Shown one piece after another: positions 46,874-56,462 of a stretch of DNA of 58,298 bases (position 1 is the stretch's first letter; each line of letters begins with the position of its first letter). The stretch covers positions 1 through 58,298 of the forward strand of contig CALMJI010000024.1 in the NCBI GenBank assembly GCA_937864235.1, read 5' to 3'. The notes beneath the pieces were generated by a model that saw only the letters and a program-made list of their open reading frames with translations, did no database searches and was not told the DNA's origin. A program made the position numbers and the translations under genes. This DNA is from an uncultured bacterium (GTDB lineage Bacteria; Patescibacteriota; Minisyncoccia; SW-4-49-11).

Positions 46874-49330
46874 ATGAAATATTTTTACTCAATATATCAT
46901 ACCAGAACTTTTCTTAGCAATATATTAGATAAATTTCTTTTTAACTTTTTTAGCTATCTAGTATGGATTTTATTTATTATATTAGCCTTAGGTATTGGTT
47001 ATATAACTGGTAATTATACACTTACAGCTCTACTTATAGCAACTAGTATATATGTGTATATTGTTGCTTATTTGTTTATAATATTAAAACTAAGGTCAGA
47101 TGAAGATGAATTTATTTTAGCCAATAATTATGCAGAGATAGTTGATTATGATACTGCTCAGCATTTGGTTAGATATTTCCCTAAAAATCTTACATATGTT
47201 CAACTTATACGGGCTATTAGTAAAAGCACAAGAGGCAAAACCATACTTGCATATATGGGGCTCGAGGCAGATACCTTTTATACTAAAATTAAAGATTTGG
47301 GATTAGATCAAAATTCTAATTTAATCTCAATAGAAGAATTATTAGAAAGTGCTAATAATTTGAGAATAAATTGGGAGGAAAAAAGAATAGGAGCACATAT
47401 ACTATTATATGTTATATTTCAACAAGAGCAGGAAAATATATTTTATACCCTATTAGATCAATTAGATTTATCCAAAGAAGACTTTTTACAAATTGTATCT
47501 TGGGAGGCTTTATATCATAGTAATAGTAAGACTATTCCGACCTTTAGCCCAGAAGGTATATATAAAGACTTTGGATCATTGGGGAGGTCTTGGACTATTG
47601 GCTATACTAATGATTTGGATAGAATTACTGATGATATTACTGAGTCTATAGTGCATCGAGACCCTCATAAAGTTATTATACATCAAGATATATTGAGACG
47701 AGTATTGACTAATTTGTCTAATTCTAATAGGCATAATATTTTATTATTGGGTAATATAGGTGTGGGTAAGAGCTCTCTTATTGAAAATTTAGCCTATACC
47801 ATCAGGCAGTATCAGATAGAAAAGAATAAAAATCTTAGTCGGGTTTTGAAGCTGAATACCACTGATTTGATATCTGGGACTCCAGAGGCAGCTCAATATT
47901 TACTTAAAGCTCTAAATTATGCAGAAAAATCAGGTAATATAATTTTAGTTATTGAAAATATATCAGAATTATTTTTATCAGCAAATGATGAGATTAGAAA
48001 TATCATAGTAAAATTTTTGAATTCTAAGATTATTAATGTGATTGGTATTGATAATCCAGAAGGGTATCATAGTGGGGTGAAAAGTTTTCCTGTTATAGAC
48101 AGTTTGTTTGAGGATATTACAGTGGAAGACGCCTCTCAAGAAGATACAATGTATGTTCTAATGATGACATCTTTTGATTTATATAAAACTTATAATAAAT
48201 ACATCACCTATCAATCACTAAGAGCGGTGATGAATTTTTCAGAGAGATATATTAGTAAGGGGGGACTCCCAGGAAAGGCTGTAGAAATATTATCTGATGC
48301 TGTTAATCAAGCTAATATAGAAGGTAGCCCATTTGTACTCGAGAGTCATATTAGGACTGTTGTCTCAGAGAGGGCTAACATTAATGTAAACACTTTACAA
48401 AATACCGAAAAAGATGCATTGCTATCATTAGAAGAAAAATTACAAGCTGAAATTAAAGGTCAGCCAGAGGGGCTGACTGCTCTTGTCAATGCACTAAAGA
48501 GAGCACAATTGGATGTAAAGGCTAGAGATAAACCAATAGGTACATTTCTTTTTTTGGGGCCTACTGGAGTTGGAAAAACAGAGACCGCTAAGGCTTTGGC
48601 TAAACATTATTTTGGGTCCAGTGATAGAATGATTCGACTAGATATGAATGAGTTTGGTAGTGAAGACTCTGTATATGGTATTTTAGGTTCGCCAGCAGGA
48701 GAAGATAATCTTTTTCAAGAAGGATTTTTGACCAAAAGAATACAAGACAAACCATTTTCATTGATATTATTAGATGAAATTGAGAAAGCTCATAAGCAGG
48801 TTTTGAATATATTTTTGCAAATTTTAGATGAGGGATTTTTGACAGATAATAGAGGAATTAGAACAGACTTTAGAAATTCTATTATTATTGCTACATCTAA
48901 TGCGGGTGCTTTATTCTTAAGAGAATTTATTCGTACTCATTCAGAATTTGATAAAGTTGCATTCAAGAAAGAATTAATAGATACCATTATCAAAGGTAAA
49001 GAGTTCGCTCCAGAGTTTATTAATAGATTCACAGATGTTATAGTATATTATCCATTAGATATAGATACAGTAAGTGAAATAGCTTCCAAAATAATTGAAG
49101 GTATGGTCAATAGCTTTGATGAGGAAAGGGGAGTAAAATTAGAGATAGATAATGATGCTATTAGATATCTTGCAGAACAAGGTTATAATCCAGACTTTGG
49201 AGCTCGTGAGTTAGAAAGAACAATTTCTTCAATTTTAGAGACTTATTTGGCTGATTATATGCTGATACATTCTGTGAAAAGAGGAGATATGATAAGAGTT
49301 ACATTAAAAGATATTGTAGATAAAAATTAA
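46874..49330 (+). CDS. Membrane-anchored Clp/Hsp100-like AAA+ ATPase with degenerate D1
   Basis: Two N-terminal TMs; D1 GNIGVGKS with IENI Walker B; D2 GPTGVGKT, LLDEIEKAH, PEFINRF, GAREL. Confidence 0.85.
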   Translation: MKYFYSIYHTRTFLSNILDKFLFNFFSYLVWILFIILALGIGYITGNYTLTALLIATSIYVYIVAYLFIILKLRSDEDEFILANNYAEIVDYDTAQHLVRYFPKNLTYVQLIRAISKSTRGKTILAYMGLEADTFYTKIKDLGLDQNSNLISIEELLESANNLRINWEEKRIGAHILLYVIFQQEQENIFYTLLDQLDLSKEDFLQIVSWEALYHSNSKTIPTFSPEGIYKDFGSLGRSWTIGYTNDLDRITDDITESIVHRDPHKVIIHQDILRRVLTNLSNSNRHNILLLGNIGVGKSSLIENLAYTIRQYQIEKNKNLSRVLKLNTTDLISGTPEAAQYLLKALNYAEKSGNIILVIENISELFLSANDEIRNIIVKFLNSKIINVIGIDNPEGYHSGVKSFPVIDSLFEDITVEDASQEDTMYVLMMTSFDLYKTYNKYITYQSLRAVMNFSERYISKGGLPGKAVEILSDAVNQANIEGSPFVLESHIRTVVSERANINVNTLQNTEKDALLSLEEKLQAEIKGQPEGLTALVNALKRAQLDVKARDKPIGTFLFLGPTGVGKTETAKALAKHYFGSSDRMIRLDMNEFGSEDSVYGILGSPAGEDNLFQEGFLTKRIQDKPFSLILLDEIEKAHKQVLNIFLQILDEGFLTDNRGIRTDFRNSIIIATSNAGALFLREFIRTHSEFDKVAFKKELIDTIIKGKEFAPEFINRFTDVIVYYPLDIDTVSEIASKIIEGMVNSFDEERGVKLEIDNDAIRYLAEQGYNPDFGARELERTISSILETYLADYMLIHSVKRGDMIRVTLKDIVDKN

Positions 49331-49376
49331 ATGCTAAGCTTGAAAAAATGTTAATTCTATGCTATAATATATAGAT

Positions 49377-50102
49377 ATGGAGAGTAGAAAAGAACAATTT
49401 TTGGAGTATGTAATTCTGGATTATATCGATACTGCCCAACCAGTATCATCATTTACTATACAAAAAAAATATCAATTACCTTATTCTAGTGCTACAATTA
49501 GAAATGAGTTAGCTGAGCTTGAGGAAGATGGTTATTTGACTCAAGTTCATACTTCTTCTGGAAGAATACCTACAGACAAAGGTTATAGATATTATGTCAA
49601 TAGACTTCTTGGCAGGCAAGAAATTTTACGCCAATATGCTTCTGTGACTCATAAATTACTGAATGATATGAATAAGATGAATGAACTTCATCTTAAGTTA
49701 AAGAAACTTTTATTATCATTTGCTAATGAGTCAGGTAATGTAGCTATGGGTAAATTGTCATCAGATTTAATATTCGAGGAGGGTGTCTCTAATTTCTTAA
49801 CACAGCCAAGATTTTCATCGGTAGAATTTATTAGAACAGCACTAGAAGATTTGGAAGAAATAAAATCTCATATTGATGAAATTAGTCAAGATGTAAGTCA
49901 GGGTAGCTATAAATTATATATCGGAGAGGAAAGCCCGCATACATCTATGCATAAATATGCTGTTATTGTGGGTAAGTTTTCAATTGATTCAGATGATGGT
50001 ACAATAGTTGTAGTAGGGCCAAAGGGTATGCAGTATGCAAAGAATATAGCTCTAGTGGAATATATGCTTAATAGTAATAATAATTATGAAGAAGAAAGAT
50101 AA
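49377..50102 (+). CDS. hrcA: Heat-inducible transcription repressor HrcA (short form)
   Basis: Y..TAQPVSS, SSATIRNELA.LE..GYL.Q.HTSSGRIPTDKGYRYYV, GPK.M.Y. Confidence 0.92.
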   Translation: MESRKEQFLEYVILDYIDTAQPVSSFTIQKKYQLPYSSATIRNELAELEEDGYLTQVHTSSGRIPTDKGYRYYVNRLLGRQEILRQYASVTHKLLNDMNKMNELHLKLKKLLLSFANESGNVAMGKLSSDLIFEEGVSNFLTQPRFSSVEFIRTALEDLEEIKSHIDEISQDVSQGSYKLYIGEESPHTSMHKYAVIVGKFSIDSDDGTIVVVGPKGMQYAKNIALVEYMLNSNNNYEEER

Positions 50103-50601
50103 TCAAACCGAAGAAGTACAGAGTAAATCTAATGATAACATAGATTTTGAACAATTAATTGAGCAGATAAAGGAGGAGTCAGCTTATAATTTAGCTGGTT
50201 GGCAAAGAGCTCAAGCAGATTATCAAAATTTAAGAAAAGAGTCAGAGCAAGCTAGAATAGATAGTATCAAGTTATCAAATAAAGCTTTAATTGAAAATTT
50301 AATTCCAGTTTTTGATAATTTCGCTATAGCTACAAAACATTTACCCGAAGATTTACAAAATAATAATTGGGTACAGGGTATAGTCTATATCTATAAACAA
50401 TTACAAGATATTCTAATAGCCGAGGGAGTTGAAATTATTAATCCTATGGGTGAAATTTTTGATCCTAATATACATGAAGCAGTAGAAACTGTGGAAGCAG
50501 AAGACTCAGAGAAGCAGAATATGATTATAGATGTATTACAAGTAGGGTATAAATTAAATGGTGTTTTAATTCGTTCTGCTCGCGTTAAGGTATCATCCTA
50601 A
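50086..50601 (+). CDS. grpE: Nucleotide exchange factor GrpE
   Basis: RAQADYQN.RK, L.PV.DNF, FDP..HEAV, GYKLNG.LIR.ARVKV. Confidence 0.95.
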   Translation: MKKKDNQTEEVQSKSNDNIDFEQLIEQIKEESAYNLAGWQRAQADYQNLRKESEQARIDSIKLSNKALIENLIPVFDNFAIATKHLPEDLQNNNWVQGIVYIYKQLQDILIAEGVEIINPMGEIFDPNIHEAVETVEAEDSEKQNMIIDVLQVGYKLNGVLIRSARVKVSS

Positions 50602-50603
50602 AC

Positions 50604-51662
50604 ATGGAATTGTCTGATATATGGTTGTATATTGGAATTCTTAATATAGTTTATTTTGTCACATTTCTGATATTCAAAATTTTGCTTAAACAAAAATGGA
50701 TAAAATACATTTTTGAAAATAAATTTAGAGATAGAGATATTCATAGTGAAGTGAAGCCTAAAATAGGTGGGTTAGTGATTATCCCTAGCTTTATTATAAT
50801 AGTAATTCTTTTGGTTTTATTCGGCTTATTACCTTGGCAAAATGAGTTTTTGGGTCTTTTGATGGGTGCTCTAGCTATTCTAACTTATGGTTATATAGAC
50901 GAAAAGCTAGATTTGCATTGGAGTATTCAGTTTATTTGGCAGTTTGGAATCGCAGCTATTGTAATTTGGTCTGGAGTAGGTATTCAAGCTATTAACTTGC
51001 CTAATGGGGAATTATGGTTTATAGATATTTATAAATTGGGGGGTATTGTTTTTCCACAAGATATAATTACCTTATTATGGATTGTGGGGCTTATGAATGT
51101 TGTGAATTGGTTAGATGGAATTGATGGATTAGCTGGAGGAGTTGGAGTTGTTGGCTTTCTCACGCTATTTATATTATCTTTGACTTTATTTGTAAATCAG
51201 CCTCATATTGCCTTAATTTCTATTATATTAGTAGGTTTATACTTGGCATTTTTGATATTTAATTGGTATCCATCTAAGATTTTTTTGGGTACTTATGGTA
51301 GTATGTTTTTGGGATATATGTTAGCAGTTTTAGCTTTGATTAGTGGAGGTAAAATAGCTACATCAGCTTTGGTCTTAGCCTTTCCCATTATAGATGCTAT
51401 TGTAGTTATTACCCAGAGAATTTGGAATAAAAAATCTATTTTTGAAGCAGATAATAGGCATTTTCACCATAAATTACTACAAGCTGGTATGAGTCAACAA
51501 GTAGCTGTTTTTATTATGTATTTTATTAGTATATTTTTTGGTGTATCAGCTCTTATTTTAGAAACTAGAGGAAAAGTAATCGTATTTTTATTAGGAATGT
51601 TTGTTTTGATTGTAGTTTCAATTTTCATAGCTAAAGTTATTGTAAAAGATAATAAATTATGA
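50604..51662 (+). CDS. MraY/WecA/TagO-family polyprenyl-phosphate sugar-1-phosphate transferase
   Basis: PKIGG, N..NWLDGIDGL, FNWYP.KIFLG, D.RH.HH.L; multiple TMs. Confidence 0.87.
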   Translation: MELSDIWLYIGILNIVYFVTFLIFKILLKQKWIKYIFENKFRDRDIHSEVKPKIGGLVIIPSFIIIVILLVLFGLLPWQNEFLGLLMGALAILTYGYIDEKLDLHWSIQFIWQFGIAAIVIWSGVGIQAINLPNGELWFIDIYKLGGIVFPQDIITLLWIVGLMNVVNWLDGIDGLAGGVGVVGFLTLFILSLTLFVNQPHIALISIILVGLYLAFLIFNWYPSKIFLGTYGSMFLGYMLAVLALISGGKIATSALVLAFPIIDAIVVITQRIWNKKSIFEADNRHFHHKLLQAGMSQQVAVFIMYFISIFFGVSALILETRGKVIVFLLGMFVLIVVSIFIAKVIVKDNKL

Positions 51663-51694
51663 TAATATAGTCTTATATAATTTACAAAATAAAT

Positions 51695-52237
51695 ATGTTA
51701 TATAAAAGGGGTTATAGTGTGATAGAAGTGTTGTTAGCAGGTTCTATTTTAGCTTTAGCTATATCAGGAATAGTAGCATCTATGCTCATAGCTCAGAGAA
51801 ATAATCAAGCTAGCATTGCTCAGAGTCAGGCTCTAGCTATGGCTCAGGAGGGGATTATAGCATTAAAATCAATTAGAGATAGAGATTATTCTCTTTTGGA
51901 GAATGTTGATGGTGCTGCTCTTAAGTTTGAAAATGGTCAATGGTTAATCATAGGCTTACCATCTCCTAATGACGATAAATTAGATAATCCAGCTAGAACT
52001 CGCAGAGTTAAAATTGAAAATGATATAATCCCAGATGCCAAAAAAGTAACGGTGAAGGTAGAATATCAGATTAATCCTGAGGGTTATACCTCTAGTTTAG
52101 ATTTATCCGAGACATTGATTAATATGTCAAAAAAACCTACAGGAGTAACTGCTGAGAGTAAGAATTATAGATTGATTGATGATAGCCTCGGAGATATAAG
52201 AGATAATAATTTAAATCAAACAATCCTATCACAATAA
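51695..52237 (+). CDS. Type IV pilin-like (minor) protein
   Basis: Class III signal KRG|YSVIE plus hydrophobic helix. Confidence 0.8.
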   Translation: MLYKRGYSVIEVLLAGSILALAISGIVASMLIAQRNNQASIAQSQALAMAQEGIIALKSIRDRDYSLLENVDGAALKFENGQWLIIGLPSPNDDKLDNPARTRRVKIENDIIPDAKKVTVKVEYQINPEGYTSSLDLSETLINMSKKPTGVTAESKNYRLIDDSLGDIRDNNLNQTILSQ

Positions 52238-52680
52238 TGAATAAAAAAGCATTCACATTATTAGAAGTTTTATTAGTAATTGCTTTAATAAGTATTTTAT
52301 TTGTAATCTCTGTTGTAATGATTAATCCAAACAAACAATTAGGAAATATTAATGATGCTAGTAGGAGGTCAGATGTATTTGCTATTTACAATGCAATTAA
52401 TCAATATAGAGATGCTAACTCCGGTAATTTGCCAGATGGAATTAATAATACTCCTAAATCTATTTGTAAACCAGATTGTCTTTCTGATTCTGATAAAATA
52501 GATATTAGTGAAGAAATAGAACCATATATTGCATTTGGGAATATTCCGGTAGATCCAAAGCAAGACGAATCAGAAGATATTACTGGATATACTGTTTATG
52601 TGACTACCGAAGGCCGGGTGGTAGTAGCAGCCCCCATAGCGGAGATGGAGAACGGTACTACAATTAATACTTTAGAATAA
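52237..52680 (+). CDS. Type IV pilin
   Basis: KKA|FTLLEVLLVIALI, D..RRSD, C...C, PVDP. Confidence 0.88.
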   Translation: MNKKAFTLLEVLLVIALISILFVISVVMINPNKQLGNINDASRRSDVFAIYNAINQYRDANSGNLPDGINNTPKSICKPDCLSDSDKIDISEEIEPYIAFGNIPVDPKQDESEDITGYTVYVTTEGRVVVAAPIAEMENGTTINTLE

Positions 52681-52684
52681 AAAT

Positions 52685-54283
52685 ATGAATAAAAAATCTA
52701 CACCTTTAATCAATGCAGTGATGTTTAGAGTTTTTACAGCATTAGTTTTATTATTTACAACTATATTATATATAATTATCTTAGGACTAGCTTATTTACA
52801 GTATACAGGTGGTATAGATATTATATATACTGATGCAGCAACACATTTATTAATTGTTGTAGTAATAGTACTTTTCGTAATTGGATGGTTTTTTTCATAT
52901 ACATTATATATAGGAATAATTAAGCCAGTTTACGAGACATTAAATATTATCTCAGAAAGTATATCTAAATTAATCATTAAGGATTCCATAGATAAAGAAC
53001 AAATTATATATTTGAATGAATTTGTTAATAATTCATTATCTCAGCTTAATAAATCATCATTGACGAATAAAATTAATTTATCATTGAGCACAGAAAGTTA
53101 TCTCAAAAAGTTAAGTGAGTTAATTAGACAGAATGAAGAGCTTACCAATTCTCAGCAAGAGTTAGCTGAATTAGTAGAAAAGTTAGAAGATCAACAAAAA
53201 CTATTAGAATTAGAGAAAGCTAAAACGAATGCTATTATTGATTCAATTCCAAATGGTTTATTGGTAACTAGTAAAGATGGAAATATATTCTTAGTGAATA
53301 AAGAACTGGAAAATTTATTAGGATTAGAACTAGATGATGTATTAGGTAAATTTATATATAATATTTTGCCAGATATACATCTCAATAAAGAATTAGTAAA
53401 AAGAGATAATGAAGAAGCCTTTAATATTAATGCAAATTATAGGTATGCAAGTTTTTTTAATTATAAATCAAAAGATCAAAAAAAGAATATGATTTTAGAG
53501 AATACATCCAATCCTATTATTTTAAACGATGACATATTGGGGTCTGTATTTATATTAAGAGATACAACCCAGGAGCGCGCAACTGAGAGAGCCCAGAAAG
53601 AGTTTGTTTCACTTGCCTCTCATCAATTGAGAACTCCAATTACTTCTATTAAGTGGAATTCTGAGATTATTTTATCTAATAGTGAGATTGCTGAAGAAGT
53701 GAAGCTAGCTGCTAGTGATATATATAAAGAAGGAACTAGGATGGAAAAGTTAGTAAATTCACTCTTAAACCTATCTAGAATAGATTTAGGAAAAATTAAA
53801 TTTAATACTCAGGAAATATATTTGGATAAATATATAAAAGATCTATCAAGAACATTACAATCTGAAATGAATTTAAAAAATTTATCCTTTGAGACAGATA
53901 TATTATTTAAGAATTCAATTAATAATGATCCTGTATATTTAGATATAATTATTACCAATATATTATATAATGCTATCAAATATACTAATCCAAATGGTGT
54001 AATAAAACTTAAAGCAGATATAATACCAGATACAGAAAAAATTCTTATTACAATTTCTGATACAGGCATTGGGATCCCTCAATCTCAACAATCACAGATC
54101 TTTAGTAGATTATTTAGAGCAGATAATGCTAAGAACTGTCAGCCTGATGGAAATGGCTTGGGACTATATGTGGTCAAGAAGTTAATCGAGTTGATGAAAG
54201 GTAATGTTTGGTTTGAGTCCCGAGAAAATCAGGGAACTACTTTCTTCATAGAGTTACCAATTGCTATCAATGCCGAAGTATGA
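52685..54283 (+). CDS. PAS-containing sensor histidine kinase
   Basis: Two TMs, coiled coil, PAS (IIDSIPNGLLV..DG.I..VN), ASHQLRTP, NAIKYT, DTGIGI, G.GLGL. Confidence 0.92.
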   Translation: MNKKSTPLINAVMFRVFTALVLLFTTILYIIILGLAYLQYTGGIDIIYTDAATHLLIVVVIVLFVIGWFFSYTLYIGIIKPVYETLNIISESISKLIIKDSIDKEQIIYLNEFVNNSLSQLNKSSLTNKINLSLSTESYLKKLSELIRQNEELTNSQQELAELVEKLEDQQKLLELEKAKTNAIIDSIPNGLLVTSKDGNIFLVNKELENLLGLELDDVLGKFIYNILPDIHLNKELVKRDNEEAFNINANYRYASFFNYKSKDQKKNMILENTSNPIILNDDILGSVFILRDTTQERATERAQKEFVSLASHQLRTPITSIKWNSEIILSNSEIAEEVKLAASDIYKEGTRMEKLVNSLLNLSRIDLGKIKFNTQEIYLDKYIKDLSRTLQSEMNLKNLSFETDILFKNSINNDPVYLDIIITNILYNAIKYTNPNGVIKLKADIIPDTEKILITISDTGIGIPQSQQSQIFSRLFRADNAKNCQPDGNGLGLYVVKKLIELMKGNVWFESRENQGTTFFIELPIAINAEV

Positions 54284-54309
54284 TATAATTGTTTTATATA
54301 TCAAAATTT

Positions 54310-54675
54310 ATGTCTTATAAAGTTTTAATTATAGAAGATGAGCCAGCTATAGCTAGAGTTTTAGATTTAAAACTAAAGCAAATTGGTATAGAAACAGAGG
54401 TAGCTAATGATGGTAGTTTAGCTTTAGATATAATTAACAAAGATGACTTTGATTGTATTTTATTGGATTTAATACTACCAGGAGCTGATGGATTTACAAT
54501 ATTGGAGGCTATTAGAAAAAAAAGCCAAACCACTAAAGTAATAATTATGACTAATTTAGGACAATCTGAAGATAGGGCTCGTGTAGAGAAATTAGGCATA
54601 ACTGCATACTATGTAAAATCAGAAGTCCCTATTAGCCAATTAGCAGAATCAGTAAAGCAAATACTAATGACATAG
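54310..54675 (+). CDS. Single-domain (CheY-like) response regulator
   Basis: IIEDE, LLDLILPG.DG, IMTN, YYVK; no output domain. Confidence 0.9.
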   Translation: MSYKVLIIEDEPAIARVLDLKLKQIGIETEVANDGSLALDIINKDDFDCILLDLILPGADGFTILEAIRKKSQTTKVIIMTNLGQSEDRARVEKLGITAYYVKSEVPISQLAESVKQILMT

Positions 54676-54723
54676 ATTATAGTATATGGTATAATTAAAA
54701 ATATTAAAATTAAATAAACATAT

Positions 54724-56457
54724 ATGGACCCAAAAGAAATATTAAATCTATTAGTAAATACACAATATATAACCTCAGAAGATTCTAAATTAGCACTCTC
54801 TAGTACTAATGATGACCCAGCTATAGCTATAGATTATTTGGTACAGAATAACATTATTACCTATGATATTATTGGACAGGCTTTAGCAGAAAGTTGGGGT
54901 GTGGCATATTTTGATTTAAACACTTTCATTCCGTCTAAAGATGATGTCATTAAAATCCCTGAATCAGTAGCCAAAGAGTTAAGGTTAGTATATTTTAAAG
55001 ATTTACCAGAGAAAATTCAAATTGCATCAGACAATCCAGTTGTGCTTCAAGGTAATGCCAAATTAATTATAAAAAGAGAAGAAAAATCAGGATTCATAGG
55101 GGGGAAAAAAGAAATAACAGAAGAAAAAGATTTAGAACAAGAGCTAATAAAACTATTCCAGAAACCAATTGAATTTGGCTATTCTCTTACACAAGATATT
55201 GATAGGTCTCTATTAAGCTATAAAGCACCTCTATCATCTAGATTTATATCTATTATGGATAAATTTGATACTGTTGCTCCAGAGATAGTGGAAGAAATTA
55301 TAGAAGAAGCTTTAGAAGAAAGTGTCTCAGATATTCACTTTGAGCCACAATATAATAAAAGTGTCAGAATTAGATTTAGGGTAGATGGAATTTTGCAAGA
55401 AGTAGGATCTATACCATTTGCTTATTATGAAAATATACTAAATTTAATTAAAGTAAATTCTCAACTAAGAACGGATGAACATTTTATTCCACAGGATGGA
55501 GCTATTCGTTTCCAAAAAAATAATTCTGTTACAGATGTTCGTGTATCTATCTTACCAACTGTATATGGAGAAAAAATTGCACTCAGAGTTCTTACTAATT
55601 CATTGTCTAATATTACTCTAGATACATTGGGACTAAATGAAAAAAATATCAAAATCTTGAGAAAGGCATCCCAAAAACCATTTGGTATGGTATTGGTAAC
55701 AGGACCAACTGGATCAGGAAAATCAACTACCCTTTATTCTATTCTAAAAACTGTCAATGATGAAGGTAGAAATATTACAACTATTGAGGATCCAGTCGAA
55801 TATAAAATTGAAGGTGTGAATCATATTCAAGTTAATAAAGAGACAGATTTGTCATTTGCTCGAGGATTAAGGTCAATTTTACGTCAGGACCCTAATATTA
55901 TCTTAGTAGGAGAGATTCGAGATGATGAAACTGCTCAAATTGCTATAAATGCCGCTTTGACAGGGCATCTATTGTTCTCAACTGTTCACGCCAATGATGG
56001 AGAAAGTACTCTACCAAGACTTTTGAATATGGATATTGACCCATTTTTGTTATCTACAACATTACAACTTATTGTTGCTCAGAGATTAGTTCGTAAAATT
56101 TGTCCAGCCTGTGTTTATACTTATTCAGTTAATAGAAATGAGTTGGAGGAAACAGTAGGAGAGTCTTTAGAAAGATTTTTCCCTGAAGAAAAATTAACAT
56201 TATATCGAGGTAAAGGATGTGCTAATTGTGGGTTTACAGGGTATAAAGGAAGAAGTGGAATTTATCAGCTTATAGAGATGTCAGAGGAGTTAAGAGAATT
56301 AGTTCTACATAAACCAAACTCAGATATTATAGCAAAAATTTCTCGTAAACAAGGTTCATTATCTCTATTTGAAGATGGAATAGAAAAAGTAAAAATAGGA
56401 GTGACAACACTTGATGAAGTAATGAGAGTAGCCCAAATACCAGAAGAATATAATTAA
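54724..56457 (+). CDS. pilB: Type IV pilus/T2SS assembly ATPase (PilB/GspE)
   Basis: SDIHFEP, RFRVDG, GPTGSGKSTT, TIEDPVEY, LRQDP..I.VGEIRD, TGHL..ST.H, CPAC..CANC. Confidence 0.93.
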   Translation: MDPKEILNLLVNTQYITSEDSKLALSSTNDDPAIAIDYLVQNNIITYDIIGQALAESWGVAYFDLNTFIPSKDDVIKIPESVAKELRLVYFKDLPEKIQIASDNPVVLQGNAKLIIKREEKSGFIGGKKEITEEKDLEQELIKLFQKPIEFGYSLTQDIDRSLLSYKAPLSSRFISIMDKFDTVAPEIVEEIIEEALEESVSDIHFEPQYNKSVRIRFRVDGILQEVGSIPFAYYENILNLIKVNSQLRTDEHFIPQDGAIRFQKNNSVTDVRVSILPTVYGEKIALRVLTNSLSNITLDTLGLNEKNIKILRKASQKPFGMVLVTGPTGSGKSTTLYSILKTVNDEGRNITTIEDPVEYKIEGVNHIQVNKETDLSFARGLRSILRQDPNIILVGEIRDDETAQIAINAALTGHLLFSTVHANDGESTLPRLLNMDIDPFLLSTTLQLIVAQRLVRKICPACVYTYSVNRNELEETVGESLERFFPEEKLTLYRGKGCANCGFTGYKGRSGIYQLIEMSEELRELVLHKPNSDIIAKISRKQGSLSLFEDGIEKVKIGVTTLDEVMRVAQIPEEYN

Positions 56458-56462
56458 AATAT

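Noticed and set aside
54791-54810. CIRCE-like TTAGCACTC half-site (also 13133)
   Set aside because: Inside a CDS or lacking the second half at 9-nt spacing
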